A stretch of DNA of 58,068 bases, filler included, from Stramenopiles sp. TOSAG23-3 (Eukaryota): the NCBI GenBank assembly GCA_900128585.1. It is 3 parts of 3 records of this genome, joined end to end, with 100 filler letters (N's around TTAATTAATTAA, not from the genome) between each part and the next. Parts side by side here need not be neighbours in the genome. Positions count along the whole stretch, not along the records: positions 38,900 to 58,068 come from LT642406.1; 2 more parts are not named here. The stretch is one strand, 5' to 3'. Positions 51,797 to 58,068 of this stretch are shown here, piece by piece. A program made the translations under genes and the position numbers. The notes beneath the pieces are model-generated. The model was given only the letters and a program-made list of their open reading frames with translations. It was not told where the DNA came from and did no database searches. Position 1 is the first letter of the stretch. Each line of letters begins with the position of its first letter.

Positions 51797-52621
51797 TCAC
51801 ACGAACCCAGTCGAGAAAATGTCCCCTTCCCCGTCCATGTCCCCCAGGTTGTGCACGTCGTCTACGATGCTACTATGAAAACCGCTGGCCGACGACAGCG
51901 CGTCGACTTCAATTTCGGGCCCAAGGCCGTCGGTTTTGGGTTTGCTGCCCGGGCTTCGTGGCGGCTTCCGCGTGCTCCTGACGTACTCCACGTTGGAGAG
52001 CTTTACCGCCAACTGCGCCTTGCTCAAGCTCTTGAAGGCCCCCTTTAATTTAACACTTCTACTAATCAACTTCATGTTTTTGACGGACACCTTCTGGTTG
52101 GCCACCAGATCCATGACTTCCAGAACCTTTTGGTGCTTGTCGCCGACGGCGGATTTGTCGGTCGTTTCCAGGATGAACTTGTTCATTTCTGGAACTTTCA
52201 AGCGCGCCCAACTGGCCCTTTCCCTCTCCAACTCCTTCTGCCGGTCCCGCTCCTTCTTCTTCTTCAGTCGCAGTCTAGATTTGCGGGCGTTGTCCTTAAC
52301 TTTCAATTTCTGCTTTTTCAGCTGCTCCTTGGCCTTCTTCTTCAGCTGCTTCTCCTTCTCCTTCAGCTTCTTCTGCTTCAGCTTGGACTTTTGCTTCTCT
52401 TTCTTGATTGCCTTCTTTTCCTTTTCAACCATCCGCTTCCGCCGGAGCTTCTCCTTCTTGATCATTAACCGATGTGCATTCAGCTCCTTCTTCTTCAGGG
52501 CTGCCGCTTTTCTCTTCGCCGCGGCGTAGACCTTCTTCTTCGCCAATTTTGCCCTTTGGCCTGCACTGCCCACGCGGGGCTTTCGCTGCTGCTTTTGACT
52601 CGTGGCCAACACCTTGACCAT
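51797..52621 (-). CDS. Very lysine-rich basic hypothetical protein
   Basis: ATG at 52621 (MVKVLATSQKQQRKPR); long K/E helical region then a more complex C-terminal region. Confidence 0.7.
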   Translation of the reverse strand: MVKVLATSQKQQRKPRVGSAGQRAKLAKKKVYAAAKRKAAALKKKELNAHRLMIKKEKLRRKRMVEKEKKAIKKEKQKSKLKQKKLKEKEKQLKKKAKEQLKKQKLKVKDNARKSRLRLKKKKERDRQKELERERASWARLKVPEMNKFILETTDKSAVGDKHQKVLEVMDLVANQKVSVKNMKLISRSVKLKGAFKSLSKAQLAVKLSNVEYVRSTRKPPRSPGSKPKTDGLGPEIEVDALSSASGFHSSIVDDVHNLGDMDGEGDIFSTGFV

Positions 52622-53320
52622 TGTATTCGTCGAACGTGGATGGGCACACGACTTTCTTTCGGCAAACGTAAAGCACTGCAAGGAGTAGAGTCGAGTCGAA
52701 TCGTGTATCGACCGAGTCACGTAACCAAACGGGGAAGAGAGGAGGTCAATAAGAGAGACGTAAGTATTTATATAGTGAGAGATGGGACCAGAGAATCTTG
52801 TCTTCTTTCTTTCTTTCATTCATTCTTTTTTTTTTTGAATATAATAATATTATGATTATTATTTTTTAAATTTTTTTCATGTCACCTTTTAATTAGATTA
52901 CATACATAGTACCATTTATATCTATGATATATATTATATTAATTATGTACTAGTTATGTAACCTACATAAAAAGAAAAAGAAAAAAAAGATCCAAAATCA
53001 AAAATATTCTCGAGATCGAATAATCGAATTGTATCGTATCCTAAGGTTGATATAAAGTACAAATATTAATCCTGCTATCTGTAGAGCACGACAACCTCGG
53101 TTTTTCAGGATAGTATTTATATTGTTTCGATTGGTAATAAATGTACTAAAATGGAGTACTATCCTGTGTCAATGTAAAACGAAATCCCTTTTTTTTTTTT
53201 CTTTTTTCTTCTATCTTCTACTTTCTCATCAATCCATGCTGTACTTGTAATGAATACAATAGTATACTAAAGATCATTAACTAGGGATTTGTTTCATTCC
53301 TTGATTTTCTTATTTTGACA

Positions 53321-53326
53321 TTTTCT

Positions 53327-53382
<56 letters not shown>

Positions 53383-53407
53383 TTTTTCTTTTTTTCTTTC
53401 TTTCGAC

Positions 53408-53459
<52 letters not shown>

Positions 53460-53463
53460 TTCC
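53321..53463. repeat. (TTTC)n microsatellite
   Basis: Read directly. Confidence 0.95.
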
Positions 53464-53649
53464 TCGTTGTACGTACGTACGTGCAAAGAAAGAAGAGTCA
53501 TGGTACCGGTATTAAAATATAGAAAACTCCTTTTTTAATCCATTCATTTACTCCAAAAAAAAATGCATAGGTAAGTGTTATAATGTACTACAAATTATGT
53601 ACTATTATAACCCTAATCATAACACAAACAGTTCGTTTAATGTAAAGTG

Positions 53650-53844
53650 CTTTTATTTTATCACAAATTTATTAGAAAGCAAGAGTATTCAAACAAATGC
53701 AAGAAAAGTGAGAAATAAACATTTTCATCACAATTCCTTTGAGGAGTTGTAAGACCAAGTGTAAGAGACTGGAAAACAAGCACCAGAATGAAAATTTAGA
53801 GAAGGAAAAATTGAGGTTTGATGTCCAAGCAGGAAGAGGAATAG
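53650..53844 (+). repeat. Left arm of long imperfect inverted repeat
   Basis: aaatttattagaaagcaagagtattc...aagaaaagtgagaaata...acaagcaccagaatgaaaatttagag...ttgaggtttgat...caagcaggaaga matches the reverse complement of 56237-56402 (about 16 mismatches by hand plus one 29-nt indel). Confidence 0.92.
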
Positions 53845-53869
53845 TGGATACCGTACTGCCACGGCTGGT

Positions 53870-54200
53870 GGGGAAAGGCTAGTCTTCGAGCTGTTCGGAA
53901 CACCTTCGCTGACCTTCCTTTTCTTTTTCGCAGCCGATAAACGGAGAAACCCGTGACAGTCCTCAGGCAGCTCCAATTCGTTGGCGATCGCGTCTGCCCT
54001 CTCGATGGCTGCTGCTGTTCTTTGCGCACCGGTTGTTCGCCCGCCTTCCGCCTTCTTCTTCGGATCGCCTTTCCTCCCGCCTTCCGCCTTCTTCTTCGGA
54101 TCGCCTTTCCTCCCGCCTTCCGCCTTCTTCTTCCGATCGCCTTTCCTCCCGCCAATCGCCCCGCCAAGCCTCCCCATCTTTTTAAAGTGAGCCTTGCCGT
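53870..54200 (-). pseudogene. Fragment paralogous to the C-terminus of the 54780-55730 ORF, with 36-bp repeats
   Basis: (K3AEGGRKGDP)-type 12-aa repeats then ERADAIANELELPEDCHGFLRLSAAKKKRKV vs KRAAEVAAELKLPEDQDSCQRFLQLSHKKQNREV; the 3' part of the called ORF runs into the IR arm. Confidence 0.6.
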
Positions 54201-54440
54201 ACAACGCAGTGCTATGCAGTGCACAAATAAATATAATGTCGTCAAACAACCAGATTTTAGCCGCTCAAAAGCAGCTTGATCAGGACGTTANNNNNNNNNN
54301 NNNNNNNNNNNNNNNNNNNNNNNNNNNNNNNNNNNNNNNNNNNNNNNNNNNNNNNNNNNNNNNNNNAGGCACTGCTAACAGACTTATACAATGTCGGTAT
54401 AGTAAATTGTAGCTCTAGAACGCGGAACTATGGCACGAGT

Positions 54441-54694
54441 TCAGATGCTTTAGAAACATGGGAAACAAGTCAAAACCCTTGGGTATATCGGTTTGCATCT
54501 GCATATGATGGGTTGACAGCAGAGACGGAGCAAGGCAAGGCCAGGCTATTCGGGAACTGAAACGCTTAGACCCGGGATGGGATCTGTTAGATTGGTTTGA
54601 AGAGGTCCAAGATGAAATAGTGCCTGCTGTAGTCCATGGATATCTAGAGGGTGACAATGAGCTAATTGACTATTATTGTTTTGAGCAAGCTTAT
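54441..54694 (+). pseudogene. TIM44: Frameshifted fragment of mitochondrial import translocase Tim44
   Basis: DALETWETSQNPWVYRFASAYDGLTAETEQG / QAIRELKRLDPGWDLLDWFEEVQDEIVPAVVHGYLEGDNELIDYYCFEQAY resembles the start of the Tim44 C-terminal domain; frame broken by CAAGG duplication at 54531-54540; decays into AT-rich DNA afterwards. Confidence 0.8.
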
Positions 54695-54779
54695 TGTTTT
54701 ATTAGCTGTTGGAGCATTAAAGATATTTTAAGTTTTAATTGTGTTAATTTTATCTCTATATATTTTATTCTTTACTGTA

Positions 54780-56211
54780 CTAATTTGTTAGTTTCCTTTT
54801 TTTTTGTTTCTTTGGGACTTGTAATTCCACGCGACTTTTGTAGAGCTCTGTGATCATGTCACCACGGCGACGCTGCATGTTGCACCATTTGTTTTTGCCT
54901 ACCTCGTTGCCATATGTCTTTTTAAACGCCTTCCCTACCTCGCGGTTTTGTTTTTTGTGGCTCAACTGAAGAAACCTTTGGCAGCTGTCCTGGTCCTCTG
55001 GCAGTTTCAACTCGGCAGCCACCTCAGCTGCCCGCTTGTCTGCTTCTGCTTGTCTCTTTGCAGCCGATTTGGCCCCGCCGTTCCGCCCTCCGCGCACACA
55101 TGAACTCACATAGTCAAAAGGGAGTTTATTTTTTCCAGCCTTGCCAAGTCCGGCTTGACGCACCAGTGGGTTTTCCTCGTATGTAATCTCTTCTGAACTC
55201 AACCACTCACTTCGAACATAGTTGATTGCATCATGGTAACCTTGCATGTATATCTGACGCCGATCCTTATGTTGAACAGCTGGGCCTGGAACTAACAAGT
55301 TAATGCTGGGAGCATTGATCGCTTCCTTAAATTTGCCATCCTTATCCTTATAAGTGAACAAACCAAACGTATCTGCTGTAGCACCAGGACTGAACTTGAA
55401 ACCCTGGATCCTTTTCGCACCAAGTCTAGTCAACACTTTTCTTCCAAGTTTCCCTTGAAAGAAATATTTTTCATTGGTAGCATTGTTATAAACCGTATCT
55501 GCGCACTCTTGGACATAAAATTTTACAATCTCAGCTTCCGGGCCAATGTATATTTTATTGGGACCTCGTCGATTTGTTTCTCCTGTGGCGCCTTTCACAA
55601 TATCCTCCAATGGGAATAACTTGCCCTCCTTGTATTCCTCGCTGAATGTACATGCTACAGATAACATGTACATTAACATGCCAGTTGCGCAAGGTTTTCC
55701 ATCTTCGCCACGATAGATGTGTAAGTAAGTATCATACTTTTTGCGAGTCGCGCTTTTGTCTACCGCGTACGAAGTTCTCGTCCAAGCCCAAGTTCCGTAA
55801 CAGCGGGTTGTTTTTCCTCTCGAGGGGATCGAGCCCGAAAAACTGTCGAACAAAATTGACCAACCGGTGCCAGTCCGTAGCATATACTTGGCGTCGGTGC
55901 TTGTTCGTGAGCGGGCCACGCACCAGCAAGTTGATGCTGGGGGCGTTGACAGCCAGCCTCGACCCGCGCGCTGTCACGAAGACAAACAGCCCGAACGTAT
56001 CCGTTCCCTTCTTCCCGCCGTACGTGAACTCGAAGTTCGTTCGGAGGCGTGTGGCGTGCAGGTTTGTGAGAACGCGACGTCCAATCTTTCCCTGCAACGC
56101 GTAAAACGGAAACGGGTGGTTCCGCATTTCATTGGCCCAAAATGCTGCAGCCTCTTTCACGATGGGCTCAGCTGGCGGTTTGTAGGCACCGTTCTGGTCG
56201 TTCGCGTTCAC
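54780..56211 (-). CDS. Unknown protein with two tandem copies of an ~100-aa domain, split over two frames (frameshift or intron near 55655-55763)
   Basis: LQGKIGRRVLTNL...DTFGLFVF...VNAPSINLLVRGP...HRRQVY...NFVR...NPLLRNLGL versus FQGKLGRKVLTRL...DTFGLFTY...INAPSINLLVPGP...DRRQIY...NYVR...NPLVRQAGL; no ATG in frame at the 5' end. Confidence 0.65.
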
Positions 56212-56236
56212 CTTTTTGCTAACTTTGTTTCATATG

Positions 56237-56402
56237 CTATTCGTCTTCCTGCTTGATTATCAAACCTCAATCTTTCCTACTCTAAATTTTCATTCTGGTG
56301 CTTGTCCCCTCGAAGGAATTGCTATGAAAATGTGTATTTCTCACTTTTCTTGCACATGTATGAATACTCTTGCTTTCTAATAAATTTCTAATAAACTAAA
56401 AG
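56237..56402 (-). repeat. Right arm of long imperfect inverted repeat
   Basis: Reverse complement of 53650-53844. Confidence 0.92.
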
Positions 56403-56650
56403 AATTAATAAATTCATCTTTGAGGAGGTTCTTACTTGGTTAGAGATAGGGCTAGATGATACCTGAAAATTACAAAACGTTCCTTTTCATTTTCAACGCT
56501 GTTAGCTGTGTACAATGAAATGAATGACCAAAATAAACAAATAAACCGATGATCATGAGAGCGAAAATAAATAAATATGTACTTTACTTTAGTATTTATA
56601 ATGGCAGTGTCTACCCTATCAAAAAACAACCGAGAAATCGAAATCGAAAT

Positions 56651-56972
56651 CCTATTCCTATATTCTATTCCTAATAATCCTATTCTATTCCTATCCTATT
56701 CCTATCCTATTCCTATTCTATTCCTATTCTATTCCTATTCTATTCCTATTCTATTCCTATTCTATTCCTATCCTATTCTTATTCTATTCCTATTCTATTC
56801 CTATCCTATTCCTATCCTATTCCTATTCTATTCCTATCCTATTCCTATTCTATTCCTATTCTATTCCTATCCTATTCCTATTCTATTCCTATTCTATCAC
56901 TATCCTATTCCTATTCTATTCCTATTCTATTCCTATTCTATTCCTATTCTATTCCTATTCTATTCCTATTCT
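56651..56972. repeat. (CTATT/CCTATT/CCTAT)n satellite-like simple repeat
   Basis: Mixed 5/6-mers with ~33-bp higher-order period (seen as YSYPIPILFLF repeats in the spurious ORF). Confidence 0.95.
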
Positions 56973-57470
56973 AATGAGGATTGATTCAATATGAGGAGCT
57001 AAACCATTTCTATCTCAATCCCAGAATGAATAAAAAGAGGGGGAAGGAGATCAGATCAGATGTCTTTAAATAATAACCCTATTTATAAAACAAATAGTTT
57101 AAAGAATAGAAATAATATTAAATACAAAGAATAGAATAGAATTAATTAAATTTAATGAAATAACCATATATTGTGATACTGTAACACAATCACAATACTA
57201 AATAGTTCAATACGCTCATTTGATTCCTTCCTATTACGATATTGTATTTTTTATGAAGAACATTTTTAATTATAAGTGAGCAGACGGACGTAAGTTAAAG
57301 AGAGAGAGAGAGAGAGACCAAACCTGACCAGACGAAAGTTTGACCGGTTTTAAAAGTTTTTGTGGAAGAAGAAGTATACATCGTTTTATACAACTGTTGA
57401 AGTGAACTACTGAACGAGTCGGAGGGTTAGTTTTTCTTTTTGTTTTCCATTGAATCGTTTAATCAACGCG

Positions 57471-58068
57471 ATGAAGTTTTCTTCGTGTTGTCTAGTCCTT
57501 CTCCTTGCGCTCGCATTCGTGGCCAGCAGTCACGGGGTTAGCTTGGAAAAGCAAGGAGGTACCAAACTCAAGAATAAGAACTGTATTCTATGCAAGTGTA
57601 ACAAATGGATAGTAAAATTGCGCCAGGCAAAAAAGGTCGGCAATATATATATTCCTATTATAGCCAGCCTCAAGAAACAGTTGGAGCAGGCCAAGAAAAA
57701 GAACGGAAACCACGCACTCCTCAAGCGGAAACGGATCGAAAAGAAGATCAAATACCAGCAAAAGAAACAACAACATTGGGCAAAACGGCATAAAAGTAAG
57801 ATAATGGAGTTAAGGCAGAAGTTGGCATCTTGCAAAAAAACCAAGCCCGTCAGGGTTCCTACTGGGGAAGACGCCTCCGGAGCAAGTGGCGCAGAAGACG
57901 ATGAGGAAGACGCCTCCGGAGCAAGTGGCGCAGAAGACAATGAGGAAGACGCCTCCGGAGCAAGTGGCGCAGAAGACGATGAGGAAGACGCCTCCGGAGC
58001 AAGTGGCGCAGAAGACGCCTCCGGTGCTGGAGACGAGTCCGGAGCTAGTGACGAGGCAGATGCCTCCG
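57471..58068 (+). CDS. Secreted protein with basic helical region and acidic Ser-Gly 13-aa repeats, 3' partial
   Basis: Not in ORF track. Manual translation MKFSSCCLVLLLALAFVASSHGVSLEKQGG...CILCKC...KKQLEQAKKK...PTGEDASGASGAEDDEEDASGASGAEDNE..., open to the window end; 39-bp repeats from 57867. Confidence 0.85.
   Translation, partial: MKFSSCCLVLLLALAFVASSHGVSLEKQGGTKLKNKNCILCKCNKWIVKLRQAKKVGNIYIPIIASLKKQLEQAKKKNGNHALLKRKRIEKKIKYQQKKQQHWAKRHKSKIMELRQKLASCKKTKPVRVPTGEDASGASGAEDDEEDASGASGAEDNEEDASGASGAEDDEEDASGASGAEDASGAGDESGASDEADAS

Larger units (their letters stand above)
53650..56402. mobile_element. Putative inverted-repeat-bounded non-autonomous element with cargo ORFs
   Basis: IR arms at both ends, internal disrupted ORFs and a host-gene fragment. 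No transposase and no TSD seen; contains an N gap (54291-54366). Confidence 0.45.

Noticed and set aside
56577-56984. YSYPIPILFLF repeat ORF
   Set aside because: Translation of the CTATT satellite
57867-58030. 39-bp repeats as possible CRISPR array
   Set aside because: Contiguous in-frame coding repeats with no unique spacers and no cas genes; eukaryotic context

Overview
Eukaryotic (non-animal, flagellated, probably stramenopile-like protist) genomic DNA with compact, apparently intron-poor GC-richer genes separated by very AT-rich, microsatellite-laden spacers. It is not one continuous contig: two 100-bp N-TTAATTAATTAA-N artificial linkers (19357-19456, 38800-38899) and two plain N gaps split it. 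About 21 protein genes are supported: an axonemal dynein heavy chain (1-7963, missed by the ORF track), coiled-coil protein, RING protein, mitochondrial Lon, GH36 alpha-galactosidase, OSCA/TMEM63-like channel, EGLN-like 2OG oxygenase, sedolisin TPP1, TPR-TMEM33 fusion, QCR10-like subunit, SAM protein, EF-hand-like protein, TrmB, a bacterial-like secreted protein, a GPR155/LYCHOS homolog, CTL/SLC44, an acyl-protein thioesterase, several hypotheticals and a secreted Ser-Gly/acidic-repeat protein running off the right end. The most unusual part is 53650-56402: an ~2.75-kb cassette bounded by ~166-195-bp imperfect inverted repeats. It holds a tandemly duplicated unrecognised protein domain, a third paralogous fragment and a frameshifted fragment of the host gene TIM44, which suggests a gene-capturing non-autonomous mobile element.
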